Positions 1 to 10,851 of a stretch of DNA of 64,000 nt are shown here, piece after piece. The notes under the pieces were generated by a model that was not told where the DNA came from, did no database searches, and saw only the letters and a list, made by a program, of their open reading frames with translations. Source of the DNA: Blepharisma stoltei ATCC 30299. Taxonomy: Eukaryota; Protista; Ciliophora. Location of the stretch: contig CBFDEM010000056.1 of assembly GCA_965603825.1 (NCBI GenBank), positions 372,001 through 436,000 on the forward strand. Direction: 5' to 3'. Positions within the stretch are counted from its first letter, which is position 1. The number at the start of each line of letters is the position of its first letter. Both the position numbers and the translations under genes were made by a program.

Positions 1-381
1 CAAATGAAATAATTGCAATTTCAAATTTAAAACTTCAGAGAGCCCTTTTATATGCATAAATGCACGAATATTTAAGCATCAATGACTTTGTTTTTTACTC
101 TTTAGATATACGTAAGTCAATTAAACATTTTTAGTTATTTTTATGGAATAGATGAATTGATTCAATTTCTTAATTTAATTATCTAATTTATAAACTTTTA
201 ATAATTAGCTTTGTTTGCGAAATATTTCTATTATAGCTTATCTTTAAATATATCAAAATTTAAGTTTAAAGTTCATAATTCTATAACTCTAGCTATAAAA
301 GTCTCTTAACGCTATTTCCTTTATAATCCAACCATCCGTCCATAATCTTCTCAAGAAACCGCTTCAATTTATATAAAAATT

Positions 382-2481
382 ATGGTAGAACCTTATAGTT
401 ACAAGAAGAAGCGACGAGAATTCGAAAGACCACCCGTATTCGAAGATTCTGAGCTAAAGCCCTTAGGAGGCACCTTAAGTACTCCAGCTCTGCAAAAGCA
501 ATACGTCGAGAAAAACCCAACTCACATAATCCTCGACAACATTCCTCCTCTTTCCACACATGATGTAAACACTGAAAGGGTGGTCACCGCAACCCGTAAT
601 ATGAAACACATCGAAGGAGGCTGGCCGCGCGAAATCGACTACTCCGAAGAGCACGACACCACAAAATGGCGCACAAGGCAGCTTAAAGACCCACTTCTGG
701 CAGCGGCAGTTAAAGAGCTCGCGACTTTAACTGATCGTGCCATCAAGCAAAACAACCAAATTGACATGTTTGAAGAATATTTTTTAGGCGAGCAAGTAGA
801 CCATTCAACAGAAACTTTGTCAACCAAAACACTTATGCTTTTTAAAGACCCTAATGACACAAAGCGAAGTGTCAGCAAAATTGCTTGGAACCCTGAAGGC
901 CCTGGCAATAAAATTGCTGTAGCTTACTCTATATTAAGGTTCCAGCAAATGCCAGAAAAATTGTCAACCCAGTCTTACATATGGGATATGGCGGCACCTA
1001 ATACAGCCTTTAAAACAATCCAAGGCTCCACTCCACTTGTAACTATTGCTTTTAACAATAAGTATACAGATTTCTTAGTAGGTGGAGGGTATAACGGGAC
1101 CATCGGGGTTTGGGATGTGAGGGAAAAAACCAATACCCCATCTTGGCAAACAGCTATAGAAAAATCCCATCATGACCCTGTGTATGATATTTATTGGCTG
1201 CATGGGAAATCTGGCAACGAATTTGTCAGTATTTCTACTGATGGCCGCTTAATGTGGTGGGATTTCCGAAAGGACAAAGATCCTACTGACTCTGCATATT
1301 TAACTGATGGAATCCAAAACTCAGAAACTAAGCAAGAAAGCATTCTAGGTGGAACTTGCTTAGAATACAACCCAGAAGCAGGAGCTACCAAGTACCTAGC
1401 AGGCACCGAACAAGGTGTTGTAGTTTTAGCAAACAAAAAACCACAAAAAGCTGTAGAAATCAGCCATAGGTATGGTATTGAAGGAGGAAAACATCATGGA
1501 CCTATTTATTCAATTCAAAGAAATCCAGAAGAAGCCAAATGTTTTTTGACTGTAGGAGACTGGTCAGCTAAAATTTGGAGCGAGGAAATCAATACACCCA
1601 TTATGACAACTAAGTATCATGATACTTATTTAACTGATGGATGCTGGAGCCCTACAAGGCCTGGAGTGTTTTTCTTAACCCAAATGGATGGGTGGCTGCA
1701 AATATGGGATTACCATTACAGGCAGAATGAAATTGCATTTTCCCATAAAGTTGGAGACTCGATGCTGACGGTGGTGACTGTACAAAATCAACCAAATGCA
1801 GGGAAATTTGGGTCACTTGTAGCAGTTGGAGACTCTGAAGGAACAGTCACACTTATAGAGCTTTGCGAAAGCTTATATGAGCCTCAGTCAAACGAAAAAA
1901 TTTCAATAAAACAGACTTTTGAACGTGAGTTTACAAGAGAAAAAAATCTTAAACAAGCCAAAAGGCAGCAAGAAGGCAAAAAGCCTAAAAAAGAAGAGAC
2001 TTCATTTGAAAAAGCCAGGGAAAAACAAAATGAAGCCCTTCGTAAGCTAGAAGAAGAATTTTTTGCCAAAGTTGGCATTGAAATAGGAGAAGAAAAGTCC
2101 CCAGAAAAATCCCCAGAACGCAGAGAAGCTGAACAAGACTTTACCCCTGTCCCACAAAAGCAAAAACCGCCTGAAATGGTCGAAAAGAAACAAAGCTTCA
2201 AAGAGATAGAACCTCAAGAAGTCCCACAGCAAGAAGAGGCTCAACTTGAAGAAGAAAAAGAAATGCCAGAAAATGAAAGCGAGCATGGCGAAATTGAAAA
2301 GGAAGAAGAGCAAGGAGAGGAAGTAGAAAAAGAAGGAGAAATGGAAGGGGAACAAGAGCAGGAACAAGAGCAAGAACAAGAAAAAGAGCAAGAGCAAGAG
2401 CAAGAACAAGCACAAGACCCTGTAGTACAGAATGCAGAAGGAGGTGGAGGGGTAGATGGAGTCGTTCCACCAGAAATTTAA
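382..2481 (+). CDS. DNAI2: Axonemal outer-arm dynein intermediate chain 2 (IC2/IC69 type), WD40 repeats, long acidic tail
   Basis: 699-aa ORF; N-terminal KKRREF, HIEGGWP, SHHDPVYDI, STDG, GTEQG, HHGPIYSIQRNP, LTVGDW and WSPTRPGVFF motifs typical of IC2; TAA stop. Confidence 0.9.
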   Translation: MVEPYSYKKKRREFERPPVFEDSELKPLGGTLSTPALQKQYVEKNPTHIILDNIPPLSTHDVNTERVVTATRNMKHIEGGWPREIDYSEEHDTTKWRTRQLKDPLLAAAVKELATLTDRAIKQNNQIDMFEEYFLGEQVDHSTETLSTKTLMLFKDPNDTKRSVSKIAWNPEGPGNKIAVAYSILRFQQMPEKLSTQSYIWDMAAPNTAFKTIQGSTPLVTIAFNNKYTDFLVGGGYNGTIGVWDVREKTNTPSWQTAIEKSHHDPVYDIYWLHGKSGNEFVSISTDGRLMWWDFRKDKDPTDSAYLTDGIQNSETKQESILGGTCLEYNPEAGATKYLAGTEQGVVVLANKKPQKAVEISHRYGIEGGKHHGPIYSIQRNPEEAKCFLTVGDWSAKIWSEEINTPIMTTKYHDTYLTDGCWSPTRPGVFFLTQMDGWLQIWDYHYRQNEIAFSHKVGDSMLTVVTVQNQPNAGKFGSLVAVGDSEGTVTLIELCESLYEPQSNEKISIKQTFEREFTREKNLKQAKRQQEGKKPKKEETSFEKAREKQNEALRKLEEEFFAKVGIEIGEEKSPEKSPERREAEQDFTPVPQKQKPPEMVEKKQSFKEIEPQEVPQQEEAQLEEEKEMPENESEHGEIEKEEEQGEEVEKEGEMEGEQEQEQEQEQEKEQEQEQEQAQDPVVQNAEGGGGVDGVVPPEI
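2350..2409 (+). repeat. (GARCAR)n hexamer repeat encoding an EQ dipeptide run in the dynein IC tail
   Basis: gaacaagagcaggaacaagagcaagaacaagaaaaagagcaagagcaagagcaagaacaa. Confidence 0.85.
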
Positions 2482-2535
2482 TCAGCTAAACGATAAATAT
2501 AAAGACTTATTTATTTCGTGTCATAAAATCTTATA

Positions 2536-3837
2536 ATGGATCTGTCAAAAGAGCTTTTTAATCAAACTGCCTGTGCAGCAGATGGCTCAGTTCAGAATCC
2601 TCTAATGAATGCAGTTTCTACACTTCTTACAGGTCCAGAAATAGCAGCATTGGATTCTGAATTCAATAACACCGAGCACGAGCATTTTCAAGATGCATGA
2701 GAAGAAGCTGAAGTCCAGCAAAAAATTGCTGAAGAAATTCCTCATGAGCAGCAGTTTGAAGAAGCATGACAAGATCAAGATATTTTTGAGCAAGCTTGGG
2801 TTGAGCATGACCCAAATGCAAATCCATGGACTACCAATTTTAGTAACCCAACTCCTGAAGCCTTAGAACAATTTGTCAGGATGTGGCAACAAATGTGGCC
2901 TCAAGAGCTCCCCAAAACTCCTAATTACGTTTTCGATGAGTTTAATCCTTACCTCCAAGCTGAAAATCCCTATGAAATTGCTATGGATTATTTAGCAAAT
3001 AATCAAATAAACCATGCAATTTTAGCTTTAGAAGCTGTGATTATGAGAGACCCTAACAGCTCAGATATATGAAAATTACTAGGCCAGCTAAACGCTGAAA
3101 ACGATGAAGATTTTCGTGCAATTGCTGCATTGGAAAAAGGCTATGAAATCGATCCTTATAATCTGGATATTTTATTATCTTTAGGAATGAGCTTAATTAA
3201 TGAAAAAAGTGAAGACATGGCTATTTCTCATTTACACACATGGCTATCGAATCATCCTGAGTATCATAATATTCAAGCAGTTGGGGAATCTCCGAGGGAA
3301 CAAATTAAAAATGCATTTGAGCAGGCTAGGAATTTAAACCCAAATGATGCAGATATTTATCAAGTACTAGGAGCTCTGAATTTTATGACAAAGGATTATG
3401 AAATTGCTGCAAGTGCATTTTCAAGAGCTCTTCAGCTAAAACCTGATGATTATTATATATGAAATAGATTAGGTGCTACCCTGGCGAATCAAGGAGATAG
3501 CCATTTAGCGATACAAGCTTATCAAAAAGCTTTGGAAATCAGACCAAGCTATGTGAGAGCTTGGGCTAATTTAGGTATTGCCTATGCAAATATAGATGAA
3601 ATGAACACAGCAGCTCGATTTTATTTATGTGCGTTATCCTTAAACCCTAATGCAGTTCAAATATGAAATTATTTACTTACAAGCTTCACATGCTTAAGAA
3701 GATGGGATTTAATTGAAAAATTAAAGCAGTTTAACCCCATGATATTTAAAGATGAGTATGATATAGTTATAGCGAATGATTTACCACAAGCAAAACATGT
3801 GGAAAGTGATTGGGCTAATGAATTTATAATTGAGTAG
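2536..3837 (+). CDS. PEX5: Peroxisomal PTS1 receptor PEX5 (433 aa, five TGA=Trp)
   Basis: ATG 2536, one frame to TAG 3835-3837 if TGA at 2698, 2767, 3070, 3460 and 3664 are Trp; N-terminal Cys (NQTAC), AILALEA, W-KLLGQLNAENDED, W-NRLGATLAN, RPSYVRAWANLGIAY TPR motifs. Confidence 0.92.
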
Positions 3838-3911
3838 GTTTTGTATTTAGACTTAAAAAAAATATTTATTATTAAATTCTCTTCTAAATAAAGCAAACTA
3901 ATAAATTTAAA

Positions 3912-4544
3912 ATGGTTGACAACAACATTATGCCAACCTCCGGCCAAAGAGAAATTGATCCTATAACTCTTGCCAAAATCAAGCAGCAAGCTCAAGATCG
4001 TGAATATGACATTGTTGAAGAGCCTATAGGTAGAATTAAATTAAAAAATTACACTTCAGAAGATTCTACCTTAGCTAATGAAAAGCCATTTATAAGCTAT
4101 TATTGCTCACTCTGTGGAGATCATGCATTTGTAAGCTCAGTTCCTCTCATAGAACTACCTAGACGTAGGACCGATTTTTCACTAATAATTCCAGCATCTC
4201 AATCAATGGTATTTCAGCGATATATGGCTCCTGGAGATATCATAGGAGTTCGCAGAGAAAATGGCATTGAAAAGCAGTGGAGGTGAAAATGCAAAGGCTG
4301 CAATATTGATTTAGGATACCAATGTGTAAATTTTGATAGCAAATTGCCCAATGAAATAGCTCCACAACTATATAAAAACACAAATTCTGTTAAAGTTCAA
4401 GCAAAAAACCCAAATAAATTGAATTTTTATATATTAAGAAACGCCTTAGCAACCGATGTAAGCTGTAGTGAGTTATTAGAAGAATTTGCTAGACTAAATA
4501 GCATCAAGAAAAGGCAAGAAATAGATAATGAACCAAATAATTAA
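3912..4544 (+). CDS. STEEP1/CXorf56-like (UPF0428) protein
   Basis: Two track ORFs joined by TGA 4284-4286; YYCSLCG, LPRRRTD, RRENGIEKQWR-W-KCKGC..LGYQ motifs. Confidence 0.75.
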
Positions 4545-4559
4545 AAATAATGCTAATAT

Positions 4560-4564
4560 AAAAA
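4560..4564 (-). terminator. Pol III oligo-T terminator of the tRNA-like gene
   Basis: T5 on the minus strand, 2 nt after the discriminator base. Confidence 0.55.
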
Positions 4565-4566
4565 GG

Positions 4567-4636
4567 TCTCCCGAGGAAGAATCGAACTTCCACCTCCAGC
4601 GTTACACCGCAGTCGTGCTACTTACACTATCAGGAG
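4567..4636 (-). tRNA. tRNA-like Pol III gene with atypical anticodon arm (identity undetermined; possibly pseudo-tRNA)
   Basis: Minus strand: CTCCTGA/TCGGGAG 7-bp acceptor stem, GTGT/GCAC D stem, GGAAG-TTCGATT-CTTCC T arm, discriminator A, then CC and TTTTT; anticodon arm ACTGC-GGTGTAAC-GCTGG is non-canonical. Confidence 0.65.
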
Positions 4637-4910
4637 CACTGAAAACGCTGCAAGCTTCAAGCTTATAAAGGTATTTTTGATCTTTTCGTCAAAATGAAAT
4701 TAAAACTGTTATTAAGTGAATTTTAATTGAAAGCATATATATTGCATTTAAACTGAATATAAATAAATGAAAAGCAACGAATTTTAAAGTTTTAACTATG
4801 CAAAATCATATAAAACTGTTTTAAATAAGATATTTTACATGCCTATAAGCAAAAATTGATTATTTATAAATCCTATTTTTCTTAAAGAATATTTAAATTA
4901 TATACCTTCC

Positions 4911-5324
4911 TTAAATTCTCAACGTATGATCCATTCTTTCCAGTCTTTCTAAATCTTCTTTCAGCTTTTCACTTTCCTGCTGCATTTCTTCTATTGATTT
5001 TTCACCAGAAACTCTAATGCTATTTCGATCCCAAGCTCTATTAAACCTTTTCAAATCTTCAATGTAGAAATCAGATGCTGTTGCTTGTTTAAGCTCATTT
5101 CGACGTTGAATTGACGATAACAGCTCTCTAATACGACCCAATTGATTTTTCGCATATTTTGAATTTTCAATGTTTTCTAGTTCTTTTTCAATTTCAAAAA
5201 TCCAGTCATAAACCCTTTTCCATCTTTCTTCCTTGAACCAGTCTTTCATTGATTGGCCTTTCGAATAACCACTTTCATCAGCTGCATGAGAAATGTTAAT
5301 AATCGAGCCTGGGCGTAATGACAT
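4911..5324 (-). CDS. Hypothetical helical protein (137 aa)
   Basis: ATG-TAA ORF, charged helical composition, no recognised motif. Confidence 0.6.
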   Translation of the reverse strand: MSLRPGSIINISHAADESGYSKGQSMKDWFKEERWKRVYDWIFEIEKELENIENSKYAKNQLGRIRELLSSIQRRNELKQATASDFYIEDLKRFNRAWDRNSIRVSGEKSIEEMQQESEKLKEDLERLERMDHTLRI

Positions 5325-6668
5325 TAATAATTATAAAATCAGGCGATTGTAGCCAATTTTTTATTTTGAATAAACCCTCACGTCTCAAACTTTTTATAAG
5401 ATGAAATTGTTCTGTTATTATAAATGATATTGCTTTTCATCTTAAGCTATCTATAGGGGAAATAATCAGTTGAATACTTTATTTAAATAGAATTTTTTTT
5501 TAAAATTTAAAAAGCAGGCATACTAAGAATAACAGAACTATGGAAGCGCATAAATGATAAGATAATAGATCTAAAATGTCAGATTAATTTTAGTTATTTT
5601 CTTGTTTGACTGCAAATTCATCAATGTATACCCATGGATTCTGTCCATATTATCTTCTTGAAAATCATTCTTGAGAGCATCTTGATTTGCTAGTTTGTCA
5701 TATTGCCTTTAAATGGGTTTTTTACAGATAAAAGTCATTGCTATAGCAGTATAAATAGTGAGAACTTACTTGAATGCATTTTTATATTTAAAACCTTTAG
5801 AGCTCTTGTCCTCTATCCCCCTCGTACGTGTTTCATTCAATTTGGTTCAATCAAATAGGAAAATCTTTTCTCACATATAATAGAGGATACTTTTATAATT
5901 ACAAAACTTGAATTTGTATGTAAGATTGTTTCCATAAGGAACTTTATATAAAAAATATCTGTATAATTTTTTAAGGCTTTCTTAGAAAATTATCTTAGCC
6001 TCACAGACCAAACCTTTATTATTTGCAGCCTACCTATTATTATATTTCTTGCAGAGATAATTTAATATAGAGGTCTTTTATTGTTCAATAAACTCAGAGA
6101 GGTTACTAAGTGAATAAAAAATATAAAAATCTCCTGCAAGAGATGTTGAAAGTAATCACCTTATGAATTCCAATTTGACCTAGCATAGATTCACATCAAA
6201 ATATTATTAAGATTAACTAAGTTTGCTTCTCTAAAAAGGAGATTTAGATCGAATCAATTATTTCAATTTATTATTGCTGATATACAACAATTTAAAGATA
6301 AAATAGATAGAAAAATGCTTATTGGATTGAGAAGAGACCGTTATTTTAATTTCCATTATATGATTAGCTTAATTGAATTTTGTTAGTGCTTTAAAGGCCT
6401 AATTGCGTAAAGAGCTGAGCAAAGAATCAGCTATATAAACTACAAAATTGCCTTTTGTTATATGATTGCCAATTTATTTAGAAATAGATATGCTTTAGCT
6501 CACTGTTGTTAAGAATTCAAAGCAATTCGATTTTATATTTTTTGATTATTTGTAGAATATTAGGCTTTTAAAAGATCATCTATATTTAAGTATAAATTAA
6601 AATAATTCCCTAATTTAGTTTAAAGAAAAATAAAGTCAGCAAATTATCTCCCATTTAAATTATTATCC

Positions 6669-7823
6669 ATGAAAAGGTCCAAAATTTCTATTTCTCATCT
6701 CGAGAAACCCAAAATTAAGAAATACAACGTTATAAACAGCATCCTTTCTAATCAAAACATATTTGTTTTGCCATACCAAGAAAGCACCACAAACGATGTT
6801 TGCATTCAAACAAATGAAGCATGCTCTTATGAAAAAACAGAAGAGAGTCCAAAAAGCAAAGGCATAGAAATAATAAAATTAAAACCAAGTGAAGATATGG
6901 GAAACCCACTTAATTGTGTATCACTATCCCTCAATTTAAGAAAAATTGAGCAAAAAATATCTAAAAAATATTTCATAGAAGAAAAGCCATCCCCTTCACC
7001 ATCAACAGAATCTCGCATTGAGTATAAAAATTTGATGAAGGTTTATCAAAGTTCCGGAAACCTTCCCAAGCAAAAATCATTTTTATATAATGCTTCAACT
7101 AGTGAGGCTTCTCAAAGTTTGGCTTCAAGTGAGCATAACTCTCCTTTGAAGCCATCAGCATACCCAAAGGTTCAACTTTCTAAAGAGCTATTAGAATATA
7201 AAAGCCTTGCTGATGCTTATCAAAATATAAGCGACCTTCCTAAATTAAAAATTGACAAAGAGCGCCCAAAAACCTCTTTAAGCCACCAGCGACGTAAATC
7301 TTGCTCTGATAAATCAGTATTAGGACTGCAATATAAATATTTTGCCTCAAATATTGGCAAAGAAAAAAAGTCTGCTAAGTGCAATAAATGCAACTCTATT
7401 TACTGTGTATGCCATGATAGAATCAATGACAATCTTTGCTTGAATTTTATTAAAGAGCATCAAAAGCAAGTTAATAAATGTGAAGAAATTAAGCAAGAAA
7501 TAGGGTTTCTACAAAAGGAATTCCAGTCTTTTCAGAGGCAAAAAGGATCAGTATCTTCTAGCTTTTTTATAGGCGAAAATAATGAAAGCTTTGAATCCCC
7601 TAGGAAAAATTTGTATAAAAATAAGATTAGCCATAGAAGGATAGCAACAGCTGGAGAAAAAGGAGAAAAATCAATAGAAAGTTTGGGAAGAAAAATGAAG
7701 CAAATTAGATTGGAAAATCGCAGAAGAAATTCCAACTCAAAGTCTTCAGTTAGTTTGAATTCTCCTGGCATTGTGGTATCGCAAATAGATACTTCTGCTT
7801 TAAAATGCAAAGTGAGAAGCTAG
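6669..7823 (+). CDS. Hypothetical K/S-rich protein with a small Cys cluster (CNKCNSIYCVC)
   Basis: 384-aa ATG-TAG ORF. Confidence 0.7.
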   Translation: MKRSKISISHLEKPKIKKYNVINSILSNQNIFVLPYQESTTNDVCIQTNEACSYEKTEESPKSKGIEIIKLKPSEDMGNPLNCVSLSLNLRKIEQKISKKYFIEEKPSPSPSTESRIEYKNLMKVYQSSGNLPKQKSFLYNASTSEASQSLASSEHNSPLKPSAYPKVQLSKELLEYKSLADAYQNISDLPKLKIDKERPKTSLSHQRRKSCSDKSVLGLQYKYFASNIGKEKKSAKCNKCNSIYCVCHDRINDNLCLNFIKEHQKQVNKCEEIKQEIGFLQKEFQSFQRQKGSVSSSFFIGENNESFESPRKNLYKNKISHRRIATAGEKGEKSIESLGRKMKQIRLENRRRNSNSKSSVSLNSPGIVVSQIDTSALKCKVRS

Positions 7824-7940
7824 ATATGGCACACCATATCTAAATATTTTAACTTTCATATGCTTCTTATATTTTAATTAAATCACTAAAGGAAAAATTA
7901 TGGAAGCCACAATTTATATAAAAGTATTATTATTAGGCTA

Positions 7941-9419
7941 TTAGTTAGTTACAGGCTCAAGTATCTTTGCTTGTCTAAATAATGCGTCCTCATCACATTG
8001 GAAATCTTGGGCCTTTAAATATTGATATAAAATTTTTATTGGATGGAACACCAATAACTGCTGCTGATAGTTAGTTATTCTTTCTAATACGTCTGCAGTT
8101 GATTTATGTTTGAGAACATTTATTAATCCAGATTCAAGCCTATCCTTTCTTCTTATATCATTTTGATTTAATTCCTGCCTCAATGCTAAAAAGCAAGGCA
8201 CCTTGCAGGGATTTGTTACCATTTCTTGTCTTACTGCAGTGAAATTCGAGTCATAAATTTCTTCAAGTCTTTGCCACATCCCTCTATGAGTTGCACTTTT
8301 TTTAACTTCTTTACAAGTAGCGTCCAGAGCTCTTATGGTGTCGCTTTTTAAGGCTGAATTGATAATAAAAGGGCTTTCAAAGTTAAAAATTGCAGTTAAA
8401 CACTCAGTTGCCACTTCTAAAAGCTTTTTAATAATTTTCACTCGATTATTCATATCAGATTGCGAAATAATTGCATTCAAAATCAGTCCTCTGCAGCCTG
8501 AAAACCTTTTAGAAATTGCTAAAACATTTGGTGCTAATGTTTCTCTATCATTTTTTTCCCAGTTTCTTGATAAAAGTTCACCAATTCCTACTGCTTTTAG
8601 CATGTCACTTTCTATCAATGATAACTGTCTTGCAATTTCTGTTGGGCTTCATAACAAAAGTGGCTCCATTTTGAAGTCGATTTCTTTTGGAAGTTGAGGC
8701 GGAGGAGGCTCTCTTAAGTCTCCAAAAGTGCATTTATTTTCTTTTTCTTCTTCATCTAAACTTGCCAAAGACTGTAAAATTGGTTTACAATTCGTTTTAG
8801 TAAATGGATCCGTTGTAGAATCCCTTAAATCTTCCAAAAACCTCTGCAGCATTGCTTTAATTCCTTTTTGTTCTTTAAAATGCATAGGCCATAATTTTAT
8901 TCACTTTTTCAATAAACTCGCTACTTTACTCTGGATGCTCCGAACTTTTTTTGTCTGGAAAGCTTTTAACTCACTAGCTGACATAAGAGGAGGACTCGGT
9001 ACACTATGTCTCCATATTAATGCTTCCAAAAGTTCTTTAGGAGACGAGTAAATAGGAAACGTATAAAAGACTATATTAGAAAGCTCAGTTGTCCCTTCAT
9101 CAGTGATTTTTTCAATCAGCTTCAAAAATGTGGCACCTACAAGCTCTTGATCAGGCGAAAATTCGACGTTACAAGGCAGGTCAGGCTCGTCAAATTTATA
9201 GACTGAGTCTTTACTTTTTACTGTGAAAATATCACGACAAAGTTCGCGGAAATGTTCTGGTAAGTATTCTAAGTTTCGTTCAAGGTCATCATCAAGGATA
9301 TCGATAGGTTCTCCATATTCTTCTTCCATGCGGGCATTTTCTTCAATTAAGAATTGGAAGAGCTCAGTGAGATCCCTTCCATCTGAAAGCTTGACTTGGA
9401 TATTTCCTAGAGAAGACAT
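7941..9419 (-). CDS. RasGEF (REM + CDC25-homology domain) protein, 492 aa
   Basis: Three in-frame track ORFs joined by TGA at 8901-8903 and 8649-8651; GATFLKLIEKIT, TFPIYSSPKELL, LLKK-W-IK, SPTEIARQLSLIE, APNV, NFES, VPCF, GLIN..K. Confidence 0.85.
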
Positions 9420-9453
9420 TTTTATTAGGCGAAATTAACCTAAATAGTTAGAT

Positions 9454-10512
9454 TTAAAGGGTTGGATAAGATGGTTCAATATTGATCCCGCATATGCCTT
9501 TTGCAGCTGAGATTTGGATTCTCACATAGCCGTTTTCTCCCCAGCCTGCTCCCCAAGAGTTTTTGACGATCCAATAAGGTGGAGAATTGGTAGTGTTGTA
9601 GCCCACAACTAGGACTCCATGGTCTAGCTCTGTGCCACAGTTTTTGCTGATAATGCCTCCTTTATAGTATTGCCAGACGTATTGGTTAGCTTCAACAGCA
9701 ACTGAAACTGGTTGTTGGGCAACTGCGCTTTGAAGAGCAGTTGGGTTTTCGGTTTGGACATTTACGTAGTTGGTGATGTTTGCTGCAATTAATTGCTCAG
9801 CTGTAGTGTTGCAAGTGCCTTGTACCCCGGCATAGGGATAATTTGATTCAAGAGTGATTCCATTCTTCATGATGAACTCAAAAGCATAATCCATAAGTCC
9901 ACCATTGCATCCATTATTCCCAAAAGACACAGAGCAGTCCATAAGTTCCTGTTCAGAAAGTGAAACCAGTGAATTTCCTGAGATTTTCCAAAGCCCTTCA
10001 ACTGCTCCTGTGGTCGAAAATGCCCAGCAACTTCCGCAGGCTCCTTGATTTTTGACCGGGGTTACAGCACCTTGTTGTCTCCAATCTACAAAAGTAGGAA
10101 GAGCTTGAACGCTTGAAAATTCTTGTTCTTGCCTCCTTTCACTACGAATAAATTTATTTGGAGTATACATAGCTTTAAATTCGTCTCTGGTTAAGTCAGT
10201 GAATTGGTTTACTCCAAGCACCCAATCATTTTCTATTTGATTTTGCATTCTGATAAAGATGAGGTTATCTCTGAAAACTTGAAGTCTTTTTAAGTATTCA
10301 TTGGCAGTATAAACTTTATTGTAATTTGATATGAAAAGTTTGAATTCTTCTTCTTCAAGCTGCATTTGGATAAGAACTGGAGATTGGTAAGATGATTTGG
10401 TAAACAAAAGAATTGTGCCAATAACACAAAGAGTACCAATAAGAGAAGCAGCAATTATGAAAGACTTCTTTTTATTGCTGGAAACTGGAGATGAGCCCAA
10501 GAGGTTGTCCAT
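9454..10512 (-). CDS. Papain-family (C1A) cathepsin L-like cysteine protease with I29 prodomain and N-terminal hydrophobic anchor
   Basis: [49 protein letters not shown]; ERFNIN/GNFD-like prodomain. Confidence 0.95.
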   Translation of the reverse strand: MDNLLGSSPVSSNKKKSFIIAASLIGTLCVIGTILLFTKSSYQSPVLIQMQLEEEEFKLFISNYNKVYTANEYLKRLQVFRDNLIFIRMQNQIENDWVLGVNQFTDLTRDEFKAMYTPNKFIRSERRQEQEFSSVQALPTFVDWRQQGAVTPVKNQGACGSCWAFSTTGAVEGLWKISGNSLVSLSEQELMDCSVSFGNNGCNGGLMDYAFEFIMKNGITLESNYPYAGVQGTCNTTAEQLIAANITNYVNVQTENPTALQSAVAQQPVSVAVEANQYVWQYYKGGIISKNCGTELDHGVLVVGYNTTNSPPYWIVKNSWGAGWGENGYVRIQISAAKGICGINIEPSYPTL

Positions 10513-10851
10513 TATTTATAAATTCGCCTACAACATGGCTGATTTCTTATGGATCATTAGCTATAAGTTGAAATTTAATATTTCTTTTATTATTAATAGC
10601 TAATTTCCATAGATATTAAATCTGATATACATTTAGTCTGTAGCTGACCAAATTGAAGGTAATTCTGTTAGCGCGCAGCAGAACTCTACAAACCTTCTAA
10701 ATTGTCGGTAGACAGTAAGTATAATTATCAATCAACAATTTTTAATAATTCTTTAGCTTAATTTTAATTTTTATATAATGCTAATATAATAAAAAACACT
10801 GATGATGGCGAAATTCTCTAATTTATCTCCAAAATTTATAAAAAGTTATAA

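Noticed and set aside
639-2470. Antisense ORFs over DNAI2 and similar shadow ORFs across the window (e.g. 8335-8697, 20751-21218, 34961-35335)
   Set aside because: They lie opposite well-supported genes; F/L/S-rich translations mirror E/K-rich sense codons
2698-3666. TGA codons as selenocysteine or as pseudogene stops
   Set aside because: They fall at Trp positions of conserved motifs in dozens of unrelated genes and align with TGG in a paralogue
5400-6660. Long intergenic stretch with short coding-looking fragments on the minus strand
   Set aside because: Frequent TAA/TAG in all frames and no recognisable motif; it may be a decayed gene but cannot be supported
10663-10683. Small hairpin ttctgtt-agcgcgc-agcagaa upstream of the cathepsin gene
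   Set aside because: 7-bp stem, expected by chance, with no ncRNA signatures
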